A DNA stretch of 64,000 nucleotides, from NCBI GenBank assembly GCA_964016885.1, contig OZ024748.1, positions 41,726,001-41,790,000 of the forward strand, given 5' to 3'. Each line of letters opens with the position of its first letter. The stretch's first letter is position 1. Origin of the DNA: Eledone cirrhosa. Lineage: Eukaryota. The notes under the pieces are model-generated. The model was not told where the DNA came from. It saw only the letters and a list, made by a program, of their open reading frames with translations, and did no database searches. This document shows, piece after piece, positions 13,901 through 27,000 of the stretch. The position numbers were made by a program, and so were the translations under genes.

Positions 13901-16900
13901 AGAGAGACACTAGGACAATTAGAGACAGGTAGGGGGAATGTCAGGTGAACAGAGACAGACAGACAGACGTGAGAGACAGACCAGGACAATTATAGACAGG
14001 TGGGGGGAATGTCAGATGAGCAGAGACAGACAGACATGAGGGAGATACTAGGATAATTATAGACAGGTGAGGGGGATTGTCAGGTAAGCAGAGACAGACA
14101 GACGTGAGAGAGACACTAGGACAAATATAGACAGGTGGAAGGAATGTCAGGTGAGCATGGACAGACAGACGTGAGAGACAGACTAGGACAATTAAAGACG
14201 GGTGAGGGGGAATGTCAGGTGAGCAGAGACAGACAGACGTGAGAGAGACACTAGGACAATTTTAGACAGGTGGGAGAAATGTCAGGTGAGCAGAGACAGA
14301 CAGACAGACGTGAGTGAGACACTAGGACAATTATAGACAGGTAGAGGGAATGTCAGGTGAGCAGAGACGGACAGCCAGACGTGAGAGAGACACTAGGACA
14401 ATTATAGACAGGTAGAGGGAATGTCAGGTGAGTAGAGACAGACAGACGTGAGAGACAGACTAGGACAATTATAGACAGTTGGGGAGAATGTCAGGTGAGC
14501 AGAGACAGACAGACATGAGGGAGACACTAGGACAATTATAGACAGGTGACGGGGAATCTCAAGTGAGCAGAGACAGACAGACGTGAGAGAGACACTAGGA
14601 CAATTATAGACAGGTGGGGGGAATGTCAGGTGAACAGAGACAGACGTGAGAGACAGACCAGGACAATTATAGACAGGTGAGGGGGAATGTCAGGTGAGCA
14701 GAGACAGACAGACGTGAGAGAGACACTAGGACAATTTTAGACAGGTGGGGTGAATGTCAGGTGAGCAGAGACAGACAGACGTGAGAGAGACGCTAGGACA
14801 ATTATAGACAGGTGGGGAGAATGTCAGATGAGCAGAGACGGACAGCCAGACGTGAGAGAGACACTAGGACAATTATAGACAGGTAGAGGGAATGTCAGGT
14901 GAGCAGAGACAGACAGACGTGAGAGAGACACTACGACAATTATAGACAGGTGGGGGGAATGTCAGGTGAGCAGAGACAGACAGACATGAGAGAGACACTA
15001 GGACAATTATAGACAGGTGGGGGGAATGTCAGGTGAGCAGAGACAGACAGACAGACGTGAGAGACACTAGGACAATTATAGACAGGTAGAGGGAATGTCA
15101 GGTGAGCAGAGACAGACAGACGTGAGAGAGGCACTACGACAATTATAGACAGGTGGGGGGAATGTCAGGTGAGCAGAGACAGACAGACGTGAGAGAGACA
15201 CTAGGACAATTTTAGACAGGTAGGGGGAATGTCAGGTGAGCAGAGACAGACAGACGTGAGAGACAGACTAGGACATTTATAGACAGGTGGGGAGAATGTC
15301 AGGTGAGCAGAGACAGACAGACATGAGGGAGACACTAGGACAATTATAGACAGGTGGGGAGAATGTCAGGTGAGCAGAAACGGACAGACAGATGTGAGAG
15401 AATCTACGACAATTATAGACAGGTGAGGGGAATGTCAGGTGTGCAGTGACAGACAGACAGATGTGAGAGAGACACTAGGACAATAGACAGGTGGGAGGAA
15501 TATCAGGTGAGCAGAGACAGACAGACAGACGTGAGAGAGACACTAGGACAATTATAGACAGGTGGGGGAATGTCAGGTGTGCGAAGACAGACAGACAGAC
15601 GCGAGAGAGAGACTAGGACAATTATAGACAGGTGAGGGGGAATATCAGATTAGCAGAGACACTAGGACAATTATAGACAGGTTGAGGTAATGTCAGATGA
15701 GCAGAAACAGACACACAGACGTGAGAGAGACACTAGGACAATTAGAGACAGGTAGGGGGAATGTCAGGTGAACAGAGACAGACAGACAGACGTGAGAGAC
15801 AGACCAGGACTATTATAGACAGGTGGGGGGAATGTCAGATGAGCAGAGACAGACAGACATGAGGGAGATACTAGGATAATTATAGACAGGTGAGGGGGAT
15901 TGTCAGGTAAGCAGAGACAGACAGACGTGAGAGAGACACTAGGACAAATATATACAGGTGGAAGGAATGTCAGGTGAGCATGGACAGACAGACGTGAGAG
16001 ACAGACTAGGACAATTAAAGACGGGTGAGGGGGAATGTCAGGTGAGCAGAGACAGACAGACGTGAGAGAGACACTAGGACAATTTTAGACAGGTGGGAGA
16101 AATGTCAGGTGAGCAGAGACAGACAGACAGACGTGAGTGAGACACTAGGACAATTATAGACAGGTAGAGGGAATGTCAGGTGAGCAGAGACGGACAGCCA
16201 GACGTGAGAGAGACACGAGGACAATTATAGACAGGTAGAGGGAATGTCAGGTGAGTAAAGACAGACAGACGTGAGAGACAGACTAGGACAATTATAGACA
16301 GTTGGGGAGAATGTCAGGTGAGCAGAGACAGACAGACATGAGGGAGACACTAGGACAATTATAGACAGGTGACGGGGTATCTCAAGTGAGCAGAGACAGA
16401 CAGACGTGAGAGAGACACTAGGACAATTATAGACAGGTGGGGGGAATGTCAGGTGAACAGAGACAGACAGACAGACGTGAGAGACAGACCAGGACAATTA
16501 TAGACAGGTGAGGGGGAATGTCAGGTGAGCAGAGACAGACAGACGTGAGAGAGACACTAGGACAATTTTAGACAGGTGGGGTGAATGTCAGTTGAGCAGA
16601 GACAGACAGACGTGAGAGAGACGCTAGGACAATTATAGACAGGTGGGGAGAATGTCAGGTGAGCAGAGACGGACAGCCAGACGTGAGAGAGACACTAGGA
16701 CGATTATAGACAGGTAGAGGGAATGTCAGGTGAGTAGAGACAGACTAGGACAATTATAGACAGGTGGGGAGAATGTCAGGTGAGCAGAGACAGACAGACA
16801 TGAGGGAGACACTAGGACAATTATAGACAGGTGGGGGGAATGTCAGGTGAGCAGAAACAGAGAGACATGAGAGAGACACTAGGACAATTATAGTCAGGTG

Positions 16901-18030
16901 GAGGGAATGTCAGGTGAGCAGAGACAGACAGACAGACGTGAGAGAGACACTAGGACAATTATAAACAGGTGGAGGTAATGTCAGGTGAGCAGAGACAGAC
17001 ACACAGACGTGAGAGAGACACTAGGATAATTATAGACAGGTGGGGGGAATGTCAGTTTAGCAGAGACAGACAGACAGACGTGAGAGAAACTAGGACAATT
17101 ATAGACAGGTGGGAGGAATGTCAGGTGAGCAGAGACAGACAGACAGACGAGAGAGAGACACTAGGACAATTATAGACAGGAGGGGGGAATGTCACGTGAG
17201 CAGAGACAGACAGACAGATGTGAGAGACAGACCAGGACAATTATAGACAGGTGAGGGGGAATGTCAGGTGAGCAGAGACAGACAGACGTGAGAGAGACAC
17301 TAGGACAATTATAGACAGGTGGGGGAATGTCAGGTGAGCAGAGACAGACAGACGTGAGAGAGACACTAGGACAATTATAGACAGGTGGGGGGAATGTCAG
17401 GTGAACAGAGACAGACAGACAGACGTGAGAGACAGACCAGGACAATTATAGATAGGTGGGGCGAATGTCAGGTGAGCAGAGACAGACAGACATGAGGGAG
17501 ATACTAGGATAATTATAGACAGGTGAGGGGGATTGTCAGGTAAGCAGAGACGTACAGACGTGAGAGAGACACTAGGACAAATATAGACAGGTGGAAGGAA
17601 TGTCAGGTGAGCAGGGACAGACAGACATGAGAGACAGACTCGGACAATTATAGACAGGTGGGGAGAATGTCAGGTGAGCAGAGACAGACAGACGTGAGAG
17701 AGACACTAGGACAAGTATAGACAGGTGAGAGAAATGTCAGGTGAGCAGAGACAGACAGACAGACGTGAGAGAGACACTAGGACAATTATAGACAGGTGGG
17801 GGGAATGTCAGTTGAACAGAGACAGACACACAGACGTGAAAGAGACACTCGGACAATTATAGACAGGTGGGGGGAATGTCAGGTGAGCAGAGACAGATAG
17901 ACGTGAGAGAGAAGTTAGGACAATTATAGACAGGTGGGGGAATGTCAGGTGAGCAGAGACAGACAGACAGACGTGACATCGACACTAGGACAATTATAGA
18001 CAGGTGGGAGGAATGTCAGGTGAGCAGAGA
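6650..18030 (+). repeat. Near-identical tandem duplication of a ~5.66-5.71 kb unit (junction near 12310)
   Basis: ORF pairs 6981/12639, 7181/12839, 7458/13116 and 9282/14940 are all offset by 5658. Later pairs are offset by 5729 and 5712. The private variant CGTGACAACC lies at 6673 and 12331. Confidence 0.92.
7850..11050 (+). repeat. 1823-bp-offset duplication nested in the 5.66 kb unit (repeated again at ~13500-16750)
   Basis: The 3-bp deletion variant GACAATAGAC is at 7998, 9821, 13656 and 15479. A truncated CAGATTAGCAGAGACACTAGG monomer follows each at the same spacing. Confidence 0.88.
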
Positions 18031-21000
18031 CAGACAGACGTGAGGGAGACACTAGGACAATTATAGACAGCTGGGAGGAATGTCAGGTGAGCAGAGACAG
18101 ACAGACAGACGTGAGAGAGACACTGGGACAATTATAGTCAGGTGGGGGGGATGTCAGGTGAGCAGAGACAGACAGACAGAGGTGAGAGACGGACCAGGAC
18201 AACCATAGACAGGTGAGGGGGAGCGTCAGGTGAGCAGAGACAGACAGACGTGAGAGAGACACTAGGACAATTATAGACAGGTGGGGGGAATGTCAGGTGA
18301 GCAGAGACAGACAGACGTGACAACGACACTAGGACAATTATAGACAGGTGGGGGGAATGTCAGGTGAGCAGAGACAGACAGACAGATGTGAGAGAGACAC
18401 TAGGACAATTATAGACAGGTGGGGGTAATGTCAGGTGAGCAGAGACAGACACACAGACGTGAGAGAGACACTAGGACAATTATAGACAGGTGGGGGGAAT
18501 GTCAGGTGAGCAGAGACAGACAGACAGATGTGAGAGACAGACCAGGACAATTATAGACAGGTGAGGGGGAATGTCAGGTGAGCAGAGACAGCCAGACGTG
18601 AGAGAGACACTAGGACAATTATAGACAGGTAGAGGGAATGTCAGGTGAGCAGAGACAGACAGACGTGAGAGAGACACTAGGACAATTATAGACAGGTGAG
18701 AGGGAATGTCAGGAGAGCAGAGACAGACAGACAGACGTGAGAAAGACACTAGGACAATTATAGACAGGTGGGAGGAATGTCAGGTGAGCAGAGACAGACA
18801 GACGTGAGAGAGACACTACGACAATTATAGAAAAGTGGGGGGAATGTCAGGTGAGCAGAGACAGACGGACAGATGTGAGAGACAGACCAGGACAATTATA
18901 GACAGGTGAGGGGCAATGTCAGGGGAGCAGAGACAGACAGACGTGAGAGAGACACTAGGACAATTATAGACAGGTGGGGGAATGTCAGGTGAGCAGAGAC
19001 AGACAGACAGACGTGAGACAGAAACTAGGATAATTATAGACAGGTGGGGGGAATGTCAGGTGAGCAGAGACAGACAGACGTGAGAGAGACACTAGGACAA
19101 TTATAGTCAGTGGAGGGAATGTCAGGTGAGCAGAAACAGAGAGACATGAGAGAGACACTAGGACAATTATAGTCAGGTGGAGGGAATGTCAGGTGAGCAG
19201 AGACAGACAGACAGACGTGAGAGAGACACTAGGACAATTATAAACAGGTGGAGGTAATGTCAGGTGAGCAGAGACAGACACACAGACGTGAGAGAGACAC
19301 TAGGACAATTATAGACAGGTGGGGAGAATGCCAGGTGAGCAGAGACAGACAGACAGACGTGAGAGAGACACTAGGATAATTATAGACAGGTGGGGGGAAT
19401 GTCAGTTTAGCAGAGACAGACAGACAGACGTGAGAGAAACTAGGACAATTATAGTCAGGTGGGAGGAATGTCAGGTGAGCAGAGACAGACAGACAGATGT
19501 GAGAGACAGACCAGGACAATTATAGACAGGTGAGGGGGAATGTCAGGTGAGCAGAGACAGACAGACGTGAGAGAGACACTAGGACAATTATAGACAGGTG
19601 GGGGAATGTCAGGTGAGCAGAGACAGACAGACGTGAGAGAGACACTAGGACAATTATAGACAGGTGGGGGGAATGTCAGGTGAACAGAGACAGACAGACA
19701 GACGTGAGAGACAGACCAGGACAATTATAGATAGGTGGGGCGAATGTCAGGTGAGCAGAGACAGACAGACATGAGGGAGATACTAGGATAATTATAGACA
19801 GGTGAGGGGGATTGTCAGGTAAGCAGAGACGTACAGACGTGAGAGAGACACTAGGACAAATATAGACAGGTGGAAGGAACGTCAGGTGAGCAGGGATAGA
19901 CAGACATGAGAGACAGACTCGGACAATTATAGACAGGTGGGGAGAATGTCAGGTGAGCAGAGACAGACAGACGTGAGAGAGACACTAGGACAAGTATAGA
20001 CAGGTGAGAGAAATGTCAGGTGAGCAGAGACAGACAGACAGACGTGAGAGAGACACTAGGACAATTATAGACAGGTGGGGGGAATGTCAGTTGAACAGAG
20101 ACAGACACACAGACGTGAAAGAGACACTCGGACAATTATAGACAGGTGGGGGGAATGTCAGGTGAGCAGAGACAGATAGACGTGAGAGAGAAGTTAGGAC
20201 AATTATAGACAGGTGGGGGAATGTCAGGTGAGCAGAGACAGACAAACAGACGTGACATCGACACTAGGACAATTATAGACAGGTGGGAGGAATGTCAGGT
20301 GAGCAGAGACAGACAGACGTGAGGGAGACACTAGGACAATTATAGACAGCTGGGAGGAATGTCAGGTGAGCAGAGACAGACAGACAGACGTGAGAGAGAC
20401 ACTGGGACAATTATAGTCAGGTGGGGGGGATGTCAGGTGAGCAGAGACAGACAGACAGAGGTGAGAGACGGACCAGGACAACCATAGACAGGTGAGGGGG
20501 AACGTCAGGTGAGCAGAGACAGACAGACGTGAGAGAGACACTAGGACGATTATAGACAGGTGGGGGGAATGTCAGGTGAGCAGAGACAGACAGATGTGAC
20601 AACGACACTAGGACAATTATAGACAGGTGGGGGGAATGTCAGGTGAGCAGAGACAGACAGACAGATGTGAGAGAGACACTAGGACAATTATAGACAGGTG
20701 GGGGTAATGTCAGGTGAGCAGAGACAGACACACAGACGTGAGAGAGACACTAGGACAATTATAGACAGGTGGGGGGAATGTCAGGTGAGCAGAGACAGAC
20801 AGACAGATGTGAGAGACAGACCAGGACAATTATAGACAGGTGAGGGGGAATGTCAGGTGAGCAGAGACAGACAGACGTGAGAGAGACACTAGGACAATTA
20901 TAGACAGGTAGAGGGAATGTCAGGTGAGCAGAGACAGACAGACGTGAGAGAGACACTAGGACAATTATAGACAGGTGAGAGGGAATGTCAGGTGAGCAGA

Positions 21001-24000
21001 GACAGACAGACAGACGTGAGAGAGACACTAGGACAATTATAGACATGTGGGAGGAATGTCAGGTGAGCAGAGACAGACAGACGTGAGAGAGACACTACGA
21101 CAATTATAGAAAAGTGGGGGGAATGTCAGGTGAGCAGAGACAGACGGACAGATGTGAGAGACAGACCAGGACAATTATAGACAGGTGAGGGGCAATGTCA
21201 GGGGAGCAGAGACAGACTGACGTGAGAGAGACAATAGGACAATTATAGACAGGTGGGGGAATGTCAGGTGAGCAGAGACAGACAGACAGACGTGAGAGAG
21301 AAACTAGGATAATTATAGACAGGTGGGGGGAATGTCAGGTGAGCAGAGACAGACAGACAGACGTGAGAGAGACACTAGGACAATTATAGTCAGTGGAGGG
21401 AATGTCAGGTGAGCAGAAACAGAGAGACATGAGAGAGACACTAGGACAATTATAGTAAGGTGGAGGGAATGTCAGGTGAGCAGAGACAGACAGACAGACG
21501 TGAGAGAGACACTAGGACAATTATAAACAGGTGGAGGTAATGTCAGGTGAGCAGAGACAGACACACAGACATGAGAGAGACACTAGGACAATTATAGACA
21601 GGTGGGGAGAATGTCAGGTGAGCAGAGACAGACAGACGTGAGAGAGACACTAGGATAATTATAGACAGGTGGGGGGAATGTCAGTTTAGCAGAGACAGAC
21701 AGACAGACGTGAGAGAAACTAGGACAATTATAGACAGGTGGGAGGAATGTCAGGTGAGCAGAGACAGACAGACAGATGTGAGAGACAGACCAGGACAATT
21801 ATAGACAGGTGAGGGGGTATGTCAGGTGAGCAGAGACAGACAGACGTGAGAGAGACACTAGGACAATTATAGACAGGTGGGGGAATGTCAGGTGAGCAGA
21901 GACAGACAGACGTGAGAGAGACACTAGGACAATTATAGACAGGTGGGGGGAATGTCAGGTGAACAGAGACAGACAGACAGACGTGAGAGACAGACCAGGA
22001 CAATTATAGATAGGTGGGGCGAGTGTCAGGTGAGCAGAGACAGACAGACATGAGGGAGATACTAGGATAATTATAGACAGGTGAAGGGGATTGTCAGGTA
22101 AGCAGAGACGTACAGACGTGAGAGAGACACTAGGACAAATATAGACAGGTGGAAGGAATGTCAGGTGAGCAGGGACAGACAGACATGAGAGACAGACTCG
22201 GACAATTATAGACAGGTGGGGAGAATGTCAGGTGAGCAGAGACAGACAGACGTGAGAGAGACACTAGGACAAGTATAGACAGGTGAGAGAAATGTCAGGT
22301 GAGCAGAGACAGACAGACAGACGTGAGAGAGACACTAGGACAATTATAGACAGGTGGGGGAATGTCAGTTGAACAGAGACAGACACACAGACGTGAAAGA
22401 GACACTCGGACAATTATAGACAGGTGGGGGGAATGTCAGGTGAGCAGAGACAGATAGACGTGAGAGAGAAGTTAGGACAATTATAGACAGGTGGGGGAAT
22501 GTCAGGTGAGCAGAGACAGACAGACAGACGTGACATCGACACTAGGACAATTATAGACAGGTGGGAGGAATGTCAGGTGAGCAGAGACAGACAGACGTGA
22601 GGGAGACACTAGGACAATTATAGACAGCTGGGAGGAATGTCAGGTGAGCAGAGACAGACAGACAGACGTGAGAGAGACACTGGGACAATTATAGTCAGGT
22701 GGGGGGGATGTCAGGTGAGCAGAGACAGACAGACAGAGGTGAGAGACGGACCAGGACAATCATAGACAGGTGAGGAGGAACGTCAGGTGAGCAGAGACAG
22801 ACAGACGTGAGAGAGATACTAGGACAATTATAGACAGGTGGGGGGAATGTCAGGTGAGCAGAGACAGACAGACGTGACAACGACACTAGGACAATTATAG
22901 ACAGGTGGGGGGAATGTCAGGTGAGCAGAGACAGACAGACAGATGTGAGAGAGACACTAGGACAATTATAGACAGGTGGGGGTAATGTCAGGTGAGCAGA
23001 GACAGACACACAGACGTGAGAGAGACACTAGGACAATTATAGACAGGTGGGGGGAATGTCAGGTGAGCAGAGACAGACAGACAGATGTGAGAGACAGACC
23101 AGGACAATTATAGACAGGTGAGGGGGAATGTCAGGTGAGCAGAGACAGCCAGACGTGAGAGAGACACTAGGACAATTATAGACAGGTAGAGGGAATGTCA
23201 GGTGAGCAGAGACAGACAGACGTGAGAGAGACACTAGGACAATTATAGACAGGTGAGAGGGAATGTCAGGTGAGCAGAGACAGACAGACAGACGTGAGAG
23301 AGACACTAGGACAATTATAGACAGGTGGGAGGAATGTCAGGTGAGCAGAGACAGACAGACGTGAGAGAGACACTACGACAATTATAGAAAAGTGGGGGGA
23401 ATGTCAGGTGAGCAGAGACAGACGGACAGATGTGAGAGACAGACCAGGACAATTATAGACAGGTGAGGGGCAATGTCAGGGGAGCAGAGACAGACAGACG
23501 TGAGAGAGACACTAGGACAATTATAGACAGGTGGGGGAATGTCAGGTGAGCAGAGACAGACAGACAGACGTGAGAGAGAAACTAGGATAATTATAGACAG
23601 GTGGGGGGAATGTCAGGTGAGCAGAGACAGACAGACAGACGTGAGAGAGAAACTAGGATAATTATAGACAGGTGGGGGGAATGTCAGGTGAGCAGAGACA
23701 GACAGACAGACGTGAGAGAGACACTAGGACAATTATAGACAGGTGAGAGGGAATGTCAGGTGAGCAGAGACAGACAGACAGACGTGAGAGAGACACTAGG
23801 ACAATTATAGACATGTGGGAGGAATGTCAGGTGAGCAGAGACAGACAGACGTGAGAGAGACACTACGACAATTATAGAAAAGTGGGGGGAATGTCAGGTG
23901 AGCAGAGACAGACGGACAGATGTGAGAGACAGACCAGGACAATTATAGACAGGTGAGGGGCAATGTCAGGGGAGCAGAGACAGACTGACGTGAGAGAGAC

Positions 24001-27000
24001 AATAGGACAATTATAGACAGGTGGGGGAATGTCAGGTGAGCAGAGACAGACAGACAGACGTGAGAGAGAAACTAGGATAATTATAGACAGGTGGGGGGAA
24101 TGTCAGGTGAGCAGAGACAGACAGACAGACGTGAGAGAGACACTAGGACAATTATAGTCAGTGGAGGGAATGTCAGGTGAGCAGAAACAGAGAGACATGA
24201 GAGAGACACTAGGACAATTATAGTAAGGTGGAGGGAATGTCAGGTGAGCAGAGACAGACAGACAGACGTGAGAGAGACACTAGGACAATTATAAACAGGT
24301 GGAGGTAATGTCAGGTGAGCAGAGACAGACACACAGACATGAGAGAGACACTAGGACAATTATAGACAGGTGGGGAGAATGTCAGGTGAGCAGAGACAGA
24401 CAGACGTGAGAGAGACACTAGGATAATTATAGACAGGTGGGGGGAATGTCAGTTTAGCAGAGACAGACAGACAGACGTGAGAGAAACTAGGACAATTATA
24501 GACAGGTGGGAGGAATGTCAGGTGAGCAGAGACAGACAGACAGATGTGAGAGACAGACCAGGACAATTATAGACAGGTGAGGGGGTATGTCAGGTGAGCA
24601 GAGACAGACAGACGTGAGAGAGACACTAGGACAATTATAGACAGGTGGGGGAATGTCAGGTGAGCAGAGACAGACAGACGTGAGAGAGACACTAGGACAA
24701 TTATAGACAGGTGGGGGGAATGTCAGGTGAACAGAGACAGACAGACAGACGTGAGAGACAGACCAGGACAATTATAGATAGGTGGGGCGAGTGTCAGGTG
24801 AGCAGAGACAGACAGACATGAGGGAGATACTAGGATAATTATAGACAGGTGAAGGGGATTGTCAGGTAAGCAGAGACGTACAGACGTGAGAGAGACACTA
24901 GGACAAATATAGACAGGTGGAAGGAATGTCAGGTGAGCAGGGACAGACAGACATGAGAGACAGACTCGGACAATTATAGACAGGTGGGGAGAATGTCAGG
25001 TGAGCAGAGACAGACAGACGTGAGAGAGACACTAGGACAAGTATAGACAGGTGAGAGAAATGTCAGGTGAGCAGAGACAGACAGACAGACGTGAGAGAGA
25101 CACTAGGACAATTATAGACAGGTGGGGGAATGTCAGTTGAACAGAGACAGACACACAGACGTGAAAGAGACACTCGGACAATTATAGACAGGTGGGGGGA
25201 ATGTCAGGTGAGCAGAGACAGATAGACGTGAGAGAGAAGTTAGGACAATTATAGACAGGTGGGGGAATGTCAGGTGAGCAGAGACAGACAGACAGACGTG
25301 ACATCGACACTAGGACAATTATAGACAGGTGGGAGGAATGTCAGGTGAGCAGAGACAGACAGACGTGAGGGAGACACTAGGACAATTATAGACAGCTGGG
25401 AGGAATGTCAGGTGAGCAGAGACAGACAGACAGACGTGAGAGAGACACTGGGACAATTATAGTCAGGTGGGGGGGATGTCAGGTGAGCAGAGACAGACAG
25501 ACAGAGGTGAGAGACGGACCAGGACAATCATAGACAGGTGAGGAGGAACGTCAGGTGAGCAGAGACAGACAGACGTGAGAGAGATACTAGGACAATTATA
25601 GACAGGTGGGGGGAATGTCAGGTGAGCAGAGACAGACAGACGTGACAACGACACTAGGACAATTATAGACAGGTGGGGGGAATGTCAGGTGAGCAGAGAC
25701 AGACAGACAGATGTGAGAGAGACACTAGGACAATTATAGACAGGTGGGGGTAATGTCAGGTGAGCAGAGACAGACACACAGACGTGAGAGAGACACTAGG
25801 ACAATTATAGACAGGTGGGGGGAATGTCAGGTGAGCAGAGACAGACAGACAGATGTGAGAGACAGACCAGGACAATTATAGACAGGTGAGGGGGAATGTC
25901 AGGTGAGCAGAGACAGCCAGACGTGAGAGAGACACTAGGACAATTATAGACAGGTAGAGGGAATGTCAGGTGAGCAGAGACAGACAGACGTGAGAGAGAC
26001 ACTAGGACAATTATAGACAGGTGAGAGGGAATGTCAGGTGAGCAGAGACAGACAGACAGACGTGAGAGAGACACTAGGACAATTATAGACAGGTGGGAGG
26101 AATGTCAGGTGAGCAGAGACAGACAGACGTGAGAGAGACACTACGACAATTATAGAAAAGTGGGGGGAATGTCAGGTGAGCAGAGACAGACGGACAGATG
26201 TGAGAGACAGACCAGGACAATTATAGACAGGTGAGGGGCAATGTCAGGGGAGCAGAGACAGACAGACGTGAGAGAGACACTAGGACAATTATAGACAGGT
26301 GGGGGAATGTCAGGTGAGCAGAGACAGACAGACAGACGTGAGAGAGAAACTAGGATAATTATAGACAGGTGGGGGGAATGTCAGGTGAGCAGAGACAGAC
26401 AGACAGACGTGAGAGAGACACTAGGACAATTATAGTCAGTGGAGGGAATGTCAGGTGAGCAGAGACACACAGACAGACGTGAGAGACAGACCAGGTCAAT
26501 TATAGACAGGTGAGGGGGAATATCAGATGAGCAGTGAGAGACAGACGTGAGAGAGACACTAGGACATTTATAGACAGGTTGAGGTAATGTCAGGTGAGCA
26601 GAGACAGACACACAGACGTGAGAGAGACACTAGGACAATTATAGACAGGTAGAGGGAATGTCAGGTAAGCAGAGACAGACAGACGTGAGAGAGACACTAG
26701 GACAACTATAGACAGGTGGGAGAATGTCAGGTGAGCAGAGACAGACAGACAGACATGAGAGAGACACTAGGCCAATTATAGACAGGTGGGAGGAACGTCA
26801 GGTGAGCAGAGACAAACAGACAGACATGAGAGAGACACTAGGACAATAATAGACATGTGACGGGAATGTCAGGTGAACAGAGACAGACAGACGTGAGAGA
26901 GACACTAGGACAATTATAGACAGGTGGGGGGAATGTCAGGTGAACAGAGACAGACAGACGTGAGAGACAGACCAGGACAATTATAGATAGGTGGGGCGAA

